Positions 1 through 13,376 of a stretch of 64,000 bases of DNA are shown here, piece after piece; position 1 is the stretch's first letter; each line of letters starts with the position of its first letter. Both the position numbers and the translations under genes were made by a program. The DNA comes from Octopus sinensis (Eukaryota), in assembly GCF_006345805.1 (NCBI RefSeq), contig NC_043010.1, positions 39,556,001-39,620,000 on the forward strand, in the 5' to 3' direction. Under the pieces are notes generated by a model that worked only from the letters and a program-made list of their open reading frames with translations, ran no database searches and had not been told where the DNA came from.

Positions 1-205
1 AATCGGTTGTTAAGCGATGGATGGTGGACAGACACAGAAACAAACATACACACATACATACATGCATATATATATATATACACGACAGCCTTCTATCCGT
101 TTCGGTCTACCAAATCCACTCACAAGGCTTTGGTCGGCCCGAGGCTATAGTAGAACGCACTTGCCCGTAACCATGTGGTTCGTAAGCAACCACTTCTGCG
201 CCTAT
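1..205 (-). mobile_element. tRNA-derived SINE family A (CORE-like), partial
   Basis: Reverse complement of the family-A head (accatgtggtt...caaatccactcacaagg...) seen in full at 9548 and 12410. Confidence 0.85.
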
Positions 206-340
206 GATATATATATAAGCGCAAATTCTATAAACAAAACATTGCAAAGAAAAATTTTCATGAATTGAACAGCGACTGCTACTATCCACTGACGGTCATT
301 AGCTGACCATTCAAAATACTACTGACATGGCACTCCCACA

Positions 341-435
341 TTCTTCTTCTTCTTCTTCTTCTTCTTCTTCTTCTTCTTCTTCTTCTTCTTCTTCTTCTTC
401 TTCTTCTTCTTCTTCTTCTTCTTCTTCTTCTTCTT

Positions 436-487
<52 letters not shown>
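341..487. repeat. Compound trinucleotide microsatellite (TTC)n(TAC)n
   Basis: Directly visible; gives rise to the poly-Ser/Thr ORF 327..632. Confidence 0.98.
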
Positions 488-490
<3 letters not shown>

Positions 491-770
491 CCCTTCTCCT
501 CCTCCTTCTTCTTCTTCCCTACCAAGAATTCACAACGACCTCGAACCCACAAGAGTAAACAAGAGAGACAGAGACAGGCAAGAACAAGGAAGATGCCACT
601 TGTATTTGAACACTATACAAATATACTTTTAAGATAACTTTTCTTTTAATTTTTCTAAATTTAATTATTTAATTGTTACAGTTGAAAAAGTCTGAATGAC
701 TGAAACCAGTACTGAAATGTTTTTTATTAAATTATTTTAGCATTTTCTATCTTGACTTTTTTTTCCATAT

Positions 771-1075
771 GTGTACCGTGCTTGTGTCCTGACATCGCTT
801 CTCTACTCATGTGAGACATGGACTCTGTACAAACGTCAGGTGAGTGTCCTTGAACGTTTTCATCGGAGATGTCTCAGACACATTCTCAATGTTGGCTGGA
901 CCTCAAAAATTCCAGACACACAGATCCTGAGGACAGCTGATATCTTGAGTATTGAGGCGATGGTGCACAAGCACCGGTTGCGTTGGACTAGACACCTTAT
1001 TAGAATGAAGGATAGAATGATTCCTAAGCATATACTCTATGGAGAACTTGTGAATGGAAGGCGACTCCGGCAGAA
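771..1075 (+). mobile_element. RTE-clade LINE fragment (C-terminal to the RT domain)
   Basis: YRACVLTSLLYSCETWTLY...RFHRRCLRHIL..W...RLRWTRHLIRM...PKHILYGEL matches the RTE/BovB motifs LLYGxETW, LRWxGHxxRM and PKxxLYGEL. Confidence 0.9.
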
Positions 1076-1082
1076 ACATACA

Positions 1083-1116
<34 letters not shown>

Positions 1117-1173
1117 CATAGATTGATAGATGGAAAGATAAATAGATACATAGACTGATAGATAGAAAGATAA

Positions 1174-1258
<85 letters not shown>

Positions 1259-1260
1259 CA
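1076..1260. repeat. (ACAT)n/(GATA)n microsatellite
   Basis: Directly visible. Confidence 0.97.
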
Positions 1261-1567
1261 TGTGTATAATCATGTAATGTAAAGATATAGAGATTGGGTG
1301 ATGAGAGATGAAGGAGAGACAAACAGAAATCAATAGATGAACGAACACATTATGTAACACAGCGAAGGTATATGATTCAATTCTTTCACCATAAAGTTAC
1401 ATTTCCTGATTGGCTTCAAATCGAACGTGGTGTTGCAGCCCCTTCGAGAGGATGTGATGATATAGCAAGCAAGCGTTCATGAGTTTGACGCATTTGGGTC
1501 ATATTCAATTTCGTTGAAACTGATGTTGAAACACCGTGCTTGTTCTGACAGCATCTTGATTTGAAAT

Positions 1568-1572
1568 ATACA

Positions 1573-1608
<36 letters not shown>

Positions 1609-1630
1609 TATATGTATATGCGTATGTATG

Positions 1631-1664
<34 letters not shown>

Positions 1665-1699
1665 CATGTATATATATATATAAATGTATGTATATATAT

Positions 1700-1782
<83 letters not shown>

Positions 1783-1806
1783 GCATATATATACACATAC
1801 ATATAT

Positions 1807-1877
<71 letters not shown>

Positions 1878-1900
1878 TATAAGTATGTATGTATACATCT
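1568..1900. repeat. Compound (TACA)n/(TA)n microsatellite
   Basis: Directly visible. Confidence 0.97.
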
Positions 1901-2140
1901 ATGTCTGCACTATATGTGTTCAGAATAATGAGTTTTCGCTAAATATTTGGCATTTTGCATAGCAGCAACCTTGTGCAAAAGAATTAATTATTTCTGTATA
2001 AGAAAGTTTTCTTTCCTATCATAATTCTTTTATATATACTTGCCGATATACTAATGATCTTCATGCACGCACAGACACACACATGCATATGCATGTGCAT
2101 GTTACATTCTTCCCTTCTCATCCTTGCATATATATACGTG

Positions 2141-2178
<38 letters not shown>

Positions 2179-3671
2179 TAAAGCATCTTGTGGTATGGAC
2201 TTGTTATTTCATGCATGAGAAAATTGGCTCGAGAGAATTTACTAATTGCATATAAGTCTATTCTTCTTTAATTGTATTAGACATAAAGATGGATTTCAGA
2301 TTATTACATGTGTACCTTATAACTACGTTAATATGCGTTTGTCATAAAGGGTTTTCTTCACTACATTTCTCGCAAGAGATAGAACATAAAAAATTTATCG
2401 TTCTTTTTGACAGAGAGACTTGTTTCACGCTGATATCTATTACTCTGCTTAGAAACGTGTTTTAATGTCGACGAATTTGCCGAATTAATATTTAGGGACT
2501 AGAGTATATTAGAGGCAATTTTTAGAGAGTGTTTGAGCGAAAAAGATATGCATACCATCAAAACTATCCATCTTCCATCTGTTAATTTACAGCTAGCTTC
2601 TGATGTTCTTTAGCGTTTCCAATTATCAATGATTCCTGACTTTCCTCTTCAGATGCTACACTATTAAATATATAAATAAAAACAAATATTCGTAGAATTC
2701 CCTAAAAAAATACTTGAAGCAATGATCAATTAGATGAAGCAGTAGAACACGTATGGTGACACTTATGCCGTCGCTGGACTAGCTGTAAAAGTGGCAATTT
2801 CATCTGAAACCACGCATTGCCAGATACACAAAATGCTGTACAAATTCAGAAAATAATGAAGCTTTGGTGGAAACTCTTTCATTATAGATCTGATTGATGA
2901 AGGGTGACTTGGAGTTAAAACCACCCAACTGACTATGTTTGCCAATATAATTGTTAGATATAACGGTGATATGTATGGTATTTTCTAGATCATGGAATGA
3001 GCAAAAAAAAATAAAATAGAATTAGGGCGCTGCTATTGTCCTCTTTCTGGTCGTAATATTTGTGATCATAGTTGCTGCCACTCTTATATTACTTTTCTTA
3101 TATTATCATTATGTTTCTCAGAGTATATTTTCATTATTAACACGGTTGCTATTTCTTTTCAGGTCGAGAATTTCCTATGGTTATCCATTTAAAGTATTTT
3201 TCGTTGATTCGCCCCGAAAAGCGCAAAAAATAAGCAATAAAACGAGCAGCGGGTTACAAGGTTATGTTGCATTTTTCTGACAAACTATCAGGGAAAACGT
3301 AGTAGAGTAGGTTATAAACAATAAGAAAGAGGATCTTATTATATGAAGAAAGCCCTGTGAGTCCAAGCCAGAAGATGAAAATCGTAAAATGGGTTGGGAG
3401 ACTCAAAATCAATTAAATATCAAAATAACATAGAAAAATAATGGAGAAAAGGAAGAAACGGAATATCGATTAACTAAGAGAATGAGAAAGAATAAATACA
3501 AAGATATGGAAAATATTGACGGACAGACAAATAGTTCCAAGCATAACGTCAACTAAAGAACCTGGTAATGTAATGGGAGATTGAATAGTGCAAGTGAGAA
3601 TGAAAATTATACGAGTAAACAAACAGACATGTATGTGTATGAAAAATGCCGCAGACAATGAGACAAAGAAC

Positions 3672-3739
<68 letters not shown>

Positions 3740-4804
3740 GAATATGTTTACATACAAATAAATAAATGTAAAAATAAAGGAATTGCTTAAGAAATAGCAG
3801 AATGATACACAGGGAAGAAAGGCGGGATACTGCGAAAGACATTGAGTCTAAAAGAAATATTGAGAAATAGCGAAAGTTATACAAAGTTGACGAACGAAAC
3901 AGTGATTAAGAGAAAGGGCAGGTGGGGGGACAAAAAATGAAAAAAGAGAGACAGACAGACAAAGAGAGAAGCAAGCAGACAAACTGCATGAGAAATGGGA
4001 AAAGAAAAAGAGACTAAGATTCATGGGTTTATTTACACTTTCTTTTTGAGACAAACAAAAACGCTTTCTTTGGTCAAAGTATCAATCTAAACCAAGAATC
4101 GAATTCCGTGCACGCTTCTGAACCATTAATTCGAACATTTATTGATTGTGGTTAAACATATGTCTTCCATGTTTAAGCGCAATCTGTTACTGGTCCCGGT
4201 GTTTGTTCAACACTATTTGTCTCGTGCTAGAAGGTCGAGAGGAAATTACCGGGTGACAAAACACAACACAGAAACACTGACAAACGAATTTAAACACACC
4301 ACTGATATATTTCGGTGTTACTTTATCCTTGTTTGTTTGTTGGTCTATAATGGAGATTTATTACGGAGTTGAGTTACGAATTGTAAAAGTTCACGATTTC
4401 AGATGGGTTCGTATGATTTGTAATGACGAAGCTATTGACTTTTTCATATAAAACCCTTTTGCGAACAGAAAATATATTTTGATTGTTTATAGTAGTAATG
4501 CAGTCTATAGGTTTGGTGCTCCTATGAACATAGCTTTATTCTCCTTACCGAAGAAACGGCAACACTACCTTCTCTGTTTGACTTAGGGTCAGAGATATAT
4601 TTACAAACTGTAATAAATTAGTTTAGCAGACACAGAACACCACTGGACACCCTAGAGACAGATTAAGCAGGTTTTAAATTCAGAGTTACAAATTAGAGTT
4701 AGGAGAACAATACATATCCGTCCGCAGATATGGTATTTAATATGGCCCAGAGGATTACTTATCGTAAACAGAGTATTTAAATCTGTTTGGTAAATTTTGT
4801 ATGT

Positions 4805-4844
<40 letters not shown>

Positions 4845-5218
4845 CTGTGTGTGTGTGTGTGTGTGTGTCTGTGTCTGTGTATGTGTGTGTGTGTGTGAGT
4901 GCTTGGCCTTACCATTCACCGTCTAACAACTGAAACAATTAAAAAGATGAATAATACAGGATATTAGGAACCTTTATTTTAGTTGCATTCCTGGTATTGA
5001 AACTGTTTTTCTCTCATTCACAATTTCATTAAGCATTTCACTCTTTCTTTCTATTTTTCTAGAAAGAGCGAGATAGAGAGAGAGAGAGTGGGATAGAGAT
5101 AAAGAGAGAGACAAAGTGAACGTGGGTAAGTAGGATTTAAGTGTATTTTCTTTACGGCTGACTATATTTCTTCGTTGCCTCTTTAGATTCGTGAAGCTTA
5201 AATACTATACAAGCTGTA

Positions 5219-6417
5219 CGAGTTGTTGTCAAAATGTTCCCGGATTAGTTACGTTTAATAAAAAGTAACTTATTTTCTTGAGTTTTAACATTATCTCTGT
5301 CTACATAGTCACCTTGCGCAGCGTTCCTGCTATTTCTGGAATCCGGCCTGGTTGACGTTTTCGATAAGTCGAGGACCTTCTACGATTTACCCTTGTGGAG
5401 GCACATGGCCTAGTGGCTAGAGCAGCGGACTCGCGGTCGAGGAATCGCGTGTTCGAATCTCAGACCGGACGATGTGTGTGTTTATAAGCGAAATACCTAA
5501 GCTCCATGCGGCTCCGGCAGAAGGTAATGGCGAAACTTCTGCTGACTCTTTCGCCACAACTTTCTCTCATTCTTTCCTCCTGCATCTTGCAGCTCACCTG
5601 CGATGGACCGGCGTCTCGTCCAGGTGGGGAACCTATACGCCAAGAAACCGGGAAACCGCCCCTTATGAGCCAGGCATGGCTCGAGAAGGAACAAACAACA
5701 AAACAACAACGATTCGCTCTGGATTTCGACAACGGTTTGAAAACAGCGACCTTTCAGCTGCATTTTCCTCTTGGGGAATAGATGGAAGTCCGTGGGTTCT
5801 AAATCTGGCTAACTGGACGCTAGCGGAAGCGATACCATGATGTTTTTTAGCAAGAAACGCACGAGGGAGGAAGTTTCGGTGTAGAATCTAATTCTTCGCA
5901 CTCCACAGATCCAATGGCTTTCGCCAAATGCCCTTCCTCAGACGCTTCTAAACTTCACAGTAGAACTCTTGATTGACGGTCTTGCCCTGGGGGACGAATT
6001 CGCGATACACAAAACCACATTTCTTGGAGTGACTCGTGGCACGTCTCCCAAATCGTTCATCCTCTTCCAAGGACGCTCTTCCGCTTCCGAAGCGCCCGTT
6101 CCACTTGAAACATTGTGTAGGGCCCATTGCCTCGTCACTGTAAGCTTGCCGAAGCATGATCACGGTGTTTGTAAAAGACTTCTCAAGTTTAATTCGAAAT
6201 TTCACATTGGCTTTTTGTTGCTGTCCATGACAAAATGGCAGACTACAGCAATACACGTGATCACAAAAAACACTAATTTCACAACTTGTGAAGTAAACAC
6301 AGCGATGTCACTCGGCAGACTGCCTCACCTTGCTACCTCTCACCTCTCACACAACCATGAGCTGCCATCTATTGGTGTGCTACAGAACTAGTCCGGGAAC
6401 TTTTTGATATCACCTAG
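5219..6417 (-). mobile_element. Internally deleted mariner transposon with a nested SINE
   Basis: Imperfect TIRs: cgagttgttgtcaaaatgttcccggattagt and actagtccgggaactttttgatatcacctag. ORF 5948..6256 has the mariner HTH region (ANVKFRIKLEKS...QAYSDEAM...SLEEDERFGR) joined directly to EFVPQGKTVNQEFYCEV. Confidence 0.88.
5396..5710 (+). mobile_element. tRNA-derived SINE family B inserted in the mariner
   Basis: A-box tggcctagtgg, B-box gttcgaatc, CAA-rich tail; head shared with copies at 7126, 18105, 26090 and 36378. Confidence 0.88.
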
Positions 6418-7125
6418 AATCATATATCCAACTAGCGTGTCATCAAAAGAAAAACATTATGAAACATTCTACAGGTCAAAATGGCTTCATGGGTTTAACT
6501 AACAAATTAAGGAACAGGGTTTGTCTATTTGGCAACATCCTCTTTCCTGTGATTGAACATTCCAAATGCCCTTACGATAAGAAAGAAAAAAACTGTCCAG
6601 GCATGCTTTTTCTAAGTACATTTTTTTCCCTAGCCGACTATCTGGATTGAATTTTACTTAATTTTGCATTAACTGTTTATTCTTCAATTTCAAATTCTCT
6701 TTATATTTGCTTATATTCCGTCAGAGGAAACATATTACAAACTGAATTCCTGGGTGAAGAGTGAATAAGCCAAACAGAATGATTCTACGAAGGACAGTCA
6801 GTATGCTAGAAATAATAGGTAAACCTCATCCCAAACACGCATCAACAACTTTAAAAAATTGATAATGTAATCATTGCTAAAACAAACTCTCTTTAAATAA
6901 TGTGATAGGGACGGCTATGTTGAAAAGAATAGCAAAAGATTACTCATATATATACTGTGTATTTCTGTTCACAATGACTTCAAATTTCCGCCTTGCAAGG
7001 GCTTTTTCTGGTAGGCGAGAATTCGAAATCACTATTGACAAACTCATCTTACAAGTAACTTACATTCTTTACATTAATTTATAACATTAATGTTGTTATT
7101 TGGAATGACTGTAATTAAAATGTGT

Positions 7126-7512
7126 GGAGGCGCAGTGGCCCAGTGGTTAGGGCAGTGGACTTGCGGTCATACAATCGCGGTCTCGATTCCCAGACCGGGC
7201 GTTGTGAGTGTTTATTGAGCGAAAACACCTAAAGCCCCACGAAGCTCCGGCAGGGTTTGGTGGCGAACCTTGCTGTACTCTTTCTCCACAATTTTCTCTC
7301 ACTCTTTCTTCCCGTTTCTGTTGTACCTGTAATTCAAAGGGTCAGCCTTGTCTTACCCTGTGTCACGCTTAATCTCCCTGAGAACTACATTAAGAGTACA
7401 CTTATGTGTGGATTACTCAGCCACTTGCACGCTAATTTCACGAGCAGGCTGTTCCGTAGATCAGATCAGCTGGCACCCTCGTCATCGCAACCGACGGATT
7501 GCCACCAAATAA
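7126..7512 (+). mobile_element. tRNA-derived SINE family B
   Basis: Head ggcgcagtggcccagtggttagggcagtggacttgcggtc...tcgattcccagaccgg; body shared with 18105 and 36378. Confidence 0.9.
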
Positions 7513-8646
7513 AATGCACGTGTGTGTGTGTGTTTGTGTGTATGTAAAATAGCAAATTACAGTACTATCCTTGTTGCTCCTATATCATTTACACGAAAAA
7601 TACTGATCGGGAGAATTGCTTGAGATGAATGAAATAATTTGAGGTGTCATTTGCTTTTGTGAAATCAATATCATACAAGTTCGACTTCGTCTTTCATTCT
7701 TTCAAACGTCAATAAGCTAACTCTCAATCAAATACTAAGAGATTTTAATCGACCGTTCCCTTCCCTGGAAACCTGTGTCCTTGCATCTGTTTTTAGACAC
7801 CATTTTTTTTTAAAGATAACTTCATTACTACTCCTTTCATTCAATTATTATTAGAGTTGAGAATCTATAGGGACAGATATTTAATGCCAAGCTTCACAGA
7901 CTGCCAACTCATTATACTTGTTGGTTATTTATTTTGTACTGAAAAACCGATGTTTTAGACCTTGATTTTTTTGTATTTTTCCATAAGATGAATTATTAAG
8001 TAGGAGATAGCAGCCTTAATTTAGTGGGCAACGAAAACTTTAACGAAAAGATATTTCACGAGTAATAAAAAGAAATTAGATGTTGATAGTTCATATCTTT
8101 TCCCAGCATGCTATATAGCATGTGTGAAAATGAAATGCTAACATCTGGAGAATCGTAATTGGCTCACAAATTCAAATGACTACCGAAATAACTTCCAGCC
8201 CTTCCTTTTCATTTGAACAACTACATACTAATTATTGATTAAATTGGTGAAAATTCTTCAGAGGAAGACTCCAAAGGGAGCGTTAACATTTTTCATCTGT
8301 AAATGACGAGCAGTGTTATGGCATTAATCAAATTTGGATAATGACCATTTGCCTTCAGCTGAAAAGTTTCCAAACTTATGAAATACAGATATTTGATTTT
8401 CCACCAGACTGACGAAGGAAATTTAGCCGGTTACTTTATTAGAAATATTAGCACTGGCTTGATTAAATAGGTTTGAAAATTTATGTTCGAAGATATATGT
8501 ATATACAGAAAGACGTGGGTGAAACAGGGGAAGTGTATTTTGCCGGAACTCCCTTTAATGTTCATATTGATCTCTACTTAAATAAATACGTTCTTTCCCA
8601 ATCCTCTCTATATACAGATATACGCAAATGTGTACATATATATATA

Positions 8647-9052
8647 GGCATAGAAGTGGCTGTGTGGTAAGTAGTTTGCTTACCAACTATATGGTTCCTG
8701 GTTCACTCCCACTGCATGGCATCTTGGGCAAGTGTCTTCTAATATTGCCTCGGGCCCACCAAAGGTTTGTGAGTGGATTTGGTAGACGGAAACAGAAAGA
8801 AGACCGTCGTATATATACATATATATATGTGTGTGTGTGTATGTTTGTGTGTGTATGTTTGTCCCCCCAACATCGTTTGATAACCAATGCTGGTGTGTTT
8901 ACGTCCCCGTAACTTAGCGGTTAGGCAAAACATCCGTTGGAATAAGTACTAGACTTACAAAGAATAAGTCCTGGGGTCTTTTTGCTCGACAAAAGGCAGT
9001 GCTTCTGCATGGCCACAGTCAAATGACTGAAACAAGTAAAAGAATAAAAGAG
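8647..9052 (+). mobile_element. SINE family A, full length
   Basis: tRNA-like head (tggctgtgtggtaag...ggttcactccc), CORE-like cttgggcaagtgtctt, internal TA/TG microsatellite, conserved 3' body, taaaaga tail. Confidence 0.92.
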
Positions 9053-9331
9053 TGTATATACACTGTTCAAAGAGTTTTACATCTTCAGAAATTCTCCTTT
9101 TCCATCAGGGATTATTTCCTCTTCTAACCGTCGCTGTTCTGTTCTCGGTAGTTCTCAGTTCCATTCTTTCCGCCACAATCCTGCTAGTAGCCATGATAAG
9201 ATTATTTGTTTGTCGACGTTCTTTGTTTCCATATGTCTCGATACAAATATATATCTATCTTTGTTTTCATTAATTTTTCTACTGTAGGACTTAGTCGAAC
9301 GAATCGACCCCTGGACTTATTCTTTGTAAGC

Positions 9332-9373
<42 letters not shown>

Positions 9374-9514
9374 TGTGTGTGTGTGTGTGTGTGGTGTGTG
9401 TGTATGTGTGGGTGTGTGTGTATACACATACATATATACATACACATAGATAGATAGGTAGAAAGATAGATATCCCCATAACTTGTCGAACCGCTAAGTT
9501 ATGGGGACGTAAAT

Positions 9515-9547
<33 letters not shown>

Positions 9548-9549
<2 letters not shown>

Positions 9550-9968
9550 CGCAGGAGTGGCTGTTTGGTAAGTAGCTTGCTAACCAACCACATGGTTCCG
9601 GGTTCAGTCCCACTGCGTGGCATCTTGGGCAAGTGTCTTCTGCTATAGCCCCGGGCCGACCAATGCCTTGTGAGTGGATTTGGTAGACGGAAACTGAAAG
9701 AAGCCTGTCGTATATATGTATATATATATATAAGTGTGTGTGAATATGTTTGTGTGTCTGTGTTTGTTCCCCTAGCATTGCTTGACAACCGATGCTGGTG
9801 TGTTTATGTCCTCGTCACTTAGCGGTTCAGCAAAAGAGACCGATAGAATAAGTACTGGGCTTACAAAGAATAAGTCCCGGGGTCGATTTGCTCGACTAAA
9901 GGTGGTGCTCCAGCATGGCCACAGTCAAATGACTGAAACAAGTAAAAAGAGAAAAAGAAAGAGAAAGA
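9548..9968 (+). mobile_element. SINE family A, full length
   Basis: Same organisation as 8647. Confidence 0.92.
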
Positions 9969-10019
9969 TATATATGTGTGTATGTGTGTGTCGGTCCGAG
10001 GCTAAAGTAGAAGACACTT

Positions 10020-10095
10020 CATTACTTACAATTACCGGATATTTGTCTTCATCTTGCTTGTTGTTAACACGACTTTTCAGCTGATATACCCTCGT
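10020..10095 (-). mobile_element. PLE terminal-repeat fragment with a decayed hammerhead 3' half
   Basis: Reverse complement gagggtatatcagctgaaaagtcgtgttaacaacaagcaagatgaagacaaatatccgg matches 58668-58730 and 37530-37575. Confidence 0.6.
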
Positions 10096-10178
10096 GGCGC
10101 GCCTTGCTTCCTTCCTTTCGGGGTCGATAAATTAAGTACCACTGACGCACTGTGGTCGATGTATTATTATTATTATTG

Positions 10179-10945
10179 TTTGTCGATTGCATCACTTGCT
10201 GCACCTCTATGTTGCTGGGGTGTGTGCTGCATTGCGTGTTCTTTTCTGCTGCTGGAAGTGTGCACACTCTTCTCGGTATTGTATTGGGCCAGTTTTGGTT
10301 TTCTCTTCAGGTGTGGTGCAGTCTTTTGTTTTATTTCTGCTTGAACAGTGTGTTGAGTGTGTATTGCTGATGGGAGTTTATTTCACTGGATAATTGCCGT
10401 TTACAGTGTGTCTTGTCTTTGAGCGTTGTTTTGTTTAGGTTGCACTATTGATCTGATAGTGTCTTTTTTAGGATGTGGGCTGTTCCTAGCAGGGTTATTT
10501 ATTGGATAGTGTGTAGTTTTGAGGAGTCAGGTATAGCTTCTACGTTTTTGTTGATAGGTTTTTTATCATGCCCAATGCTCCAATTATTATTGGTATTGTT
10601 TTCACCTTCATGCCCCACATCTTAAATACTGCAATTTCGAGATCTTCGTGCTTTGAAAACTCCTATTGTTTTTGGACAATATTTTGATCAGAAGGGACTG
10701 CAATGCCAATGTGTAAGCAAGCGTTTTTTTTTTTTTGCAATCCTTGATTATTATATCTGAGTGATTAGTTTTTATTTATTTCTTTGGTTTGAACAGGCAG
10801 ATCCTAATATATTGTGGTTTGTTCGTTGCCTTCTACCTTGTTTGGCACATGTTTATACCACCTATTGTCAGTTTTTATGTTGTAGCGTTGGCATATTGTC
10901 CAGTGGATATAATTACTTACTCGGTCGTGTCTGTATATACATAAT
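10179..10945 (-). mobile_element. 5'-truncated R4/Dong-like non-LTR retrotransposon (RLE endonuclease) in (TAA)n
   Basis: Minus-strand decayed translation YKHVPNKV...NHSDIIIKD...CLHIGIAVPSDQNI...EDLEIAVFKMWGMKVKTIPIIIGALGMIKK; (TAA)n tracts lie on both sides (~10162 and ~10995-11063). Confidence 0.82.
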
Positions 10946-11026
10946 CAGAATTGGCAAGGACTGGTCTTATTATTTCTATTAATATTTCTAGTCTTATTAT
11001 CGTTATTATTATTATTATTATTATTA

Positions 11027-11064
<38 letters not shown>

Positions 11065-11441
11065 GAAATGGCCATCGAATTAGGCACACGATATCGTATC
11101 ATCTTGAACCCTAATTACGTAACATTCTATCAAGCGAAGAGAATTATAAAGCTCTGGATAAACCTCTATTTTCAAATCATATTTAATAAATGTAACTTCA
11201 AAGATTTTCTTTTACAGAATAACCTGTCATGTTTAAATTAGGTGAGCCTTTGATACACACATTAAATTTAGGGCACCGTGTCTTGTAATAAAATGTTCAG
11301 CATGCCATCCTTAAGCATTTACGATACAAATAACCCAATCTAGTGATCAGAGAGAAGGCTTTTAAATCAATCAAACGTGACATAATTACAAAGATATCTC
11401 TTTGTGATTCTAGTCATGTTTGTGATTAGCATGTGGTCCTT

Positions 11442-12041
11442 TCAATGAGTAATTCTTTGTAATTGAAATACCAGAAGTGGTGCGCAATACAATGCATGAA
11501 TATCACGGTTGATGACACGAACGACAATAATAGCAATTCCAACCAAGACGAGGAGAATAGCATCACATATATATTCGCAAATATGACAAAAGAAAATAAT
11601 AACCTTCGTGTATTTTACACTACGACGAAATAAAACAAGGAAAGCAATGCAAGGGATTAAGGTGAATAGAAAATAGCAGTTTGAAATAACTGTTATGAGC
11701 ATGCATATCAAATTTAAATATCGCGAAGGAACAGAACTCTGTATGATATGCATTACGTCATATGCAACAGAACATGCTAGTAGTAAGTCCATCAACATCC
11801 ATATCATAAAAATTGCGTCTAATAAAGTAAAATCAAAACAAACAATTCGTGACAAAATTTCGAGCAGAAAACAGACACACACAATTGCTAACGTCAATAA
11901 ATGTCACGAAAAGCTATTAAAACATAAATTGATAGCTCTTGGACGACAAATGTATTCGTGAGTTGAATGCCTCATCAAAGAGTGATTTTTCGTGCATTGA
12001 TGCATTGATAAGGTCAACACGACAGAAACAATTATAAGCAT
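11442..12041 (-). pseudogene. Possible multi-pass membrane protein exon or pseudogene
   Basis: Non-repetitive frame from ATG 12041 to TGA 11442 with a single internal TGA (11904-11906); 4-5 hydrophobic segments; ttttgctttag acceptor-like sequence just upstream; family not recognised. Confidence 0.4.
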
Positions 12042-12409
12042 ATGCTAAAGCAAAATTAATAACGTTTGCTGCATAGAAAAGAGACAATCAGTGCTAGAAT
12101 TTTCTAAAGAGAATATAAATGTATCAAGTGATGCAGAAAGAAAGGAAATGACGCTTATCTGAGGTTAAGGAATCATTGCCATACAGATAATAAATGCATA
12201 AACACAAGCATATGATCACCCGCGTCGCGTGCGTAAGATTAAAAAAACGCATACACGCACACACACACATATACACACACACACATATTTCGACAAACAA
12301 TTTTGGTGTACAGCTATGCCAGCGCAGTTAAGAAGTTCGATTCAAAAATAAAATATGCTGGTTCGTTCCGGGAACAGTCTAACTGCTCCAAATTTCCATT
12401 TTTTTCTAT

Positions 12410-12823
12410 ATGCGCTGGAGTGGCTGTGTGGTAAGTAGCTTGCTTACCAACCACATGGTTCCGGGTTCAGTCACACTGCGTGGCATCTTGGGCAAGTGTC
12501 TTCTACTATAGCCTCGGGCCGACCAAAGCGTTGTGAGTGGATTTGGTAGACGGAAACGGAAAGAAGCCCGTCGTATATTTGTATACATATATATGTGTGC
12601 GTGTATGTTTGTGTGTCTGTGTTTGTCCCCCTAGCATTGCTTGACAACCGATGCTGGTGTGTTTATGTCCCCGTAACTTAGCGGTTCGACAAAAGAAACC
12701 GATAGAATAAGTACTGGGCTTACAAAGAATAAGTGCCGGGGTCGAGTTGCTCGACTAAAGGCGGTGCAATCAAATGACAGCATGGCCGCAATGAAATGAC
12801 TGAAACAAGCAAAAGAGAAAGAG
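12410..12823 (+). mobile_element. SINE family A, full length
   Basis: Same organisation as 8647 and 9548. Confidence 0.92.
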
Positions 12824-13320
12824 TCCGCAGGTAACCTGCTTCCCGTGATTGGAATTTTGGTACGTGCTCACTGTAGATAAGACAAAGATATTCCTACCTC
12901 CCCAACGCAAACGTCAATACAGACCATATACGTGTTTGTGTGTAAATACACATATATGTATTTGCACACACACATTTATATGCATATGTATACATTCTAA
13001 CTTAGGAAGCTTGTTTGAATTAGTTCCCTTTGAAAACGTCGTAAGTGATGGACTTTGATGAAATTGCTATTATGTTAAACTGCTGTATATCCAAATTTAT
13101 CCAATATTTTCAATATTTATTTTTGCTTGAAATAGCTGGGGTTTTTTGTGGGGGGGGGGGGCAAACCATCGCATCTCCAGCAGTTTCAGATGCCAAGATA
13201 CCAGAAATTGTCAAAGTGTAGTACAAAGGTTTAGCTATGGATTGGTAAAACTATTTTTTCGTTCACTGAAAAAGTAACGTTTTGGACTTAGACTTAGGAC
13301 CCTTTTCCATAATAACAATG

Positions 13321-13376
<56 letters not shown>

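Noticed and set aside
327-632. Poly-Ser/Thr mucin-like ORF
   Set aside because: Translation of a perfect (TTC)n(TAC)n microsatellite; no codon variation or splice support
688-720. Hammerhead-like ctgaatgactgaaaccagtac
   Set aside because: No stem II or stem I can be formed; too degenerate to call
2763-2985. Possible minus-strand exon (KIPYISPLYLTIILANIVSWVVLTP...)
   Set aside because: Short, ends in a stop, no good donor and no recognisable family
5396-5470. Genuine tRNA genes at SINE heads (also 7126, 36378, 37655)
   Set aside because: Imperfect cloverleafs that continue into shared repeat bodies
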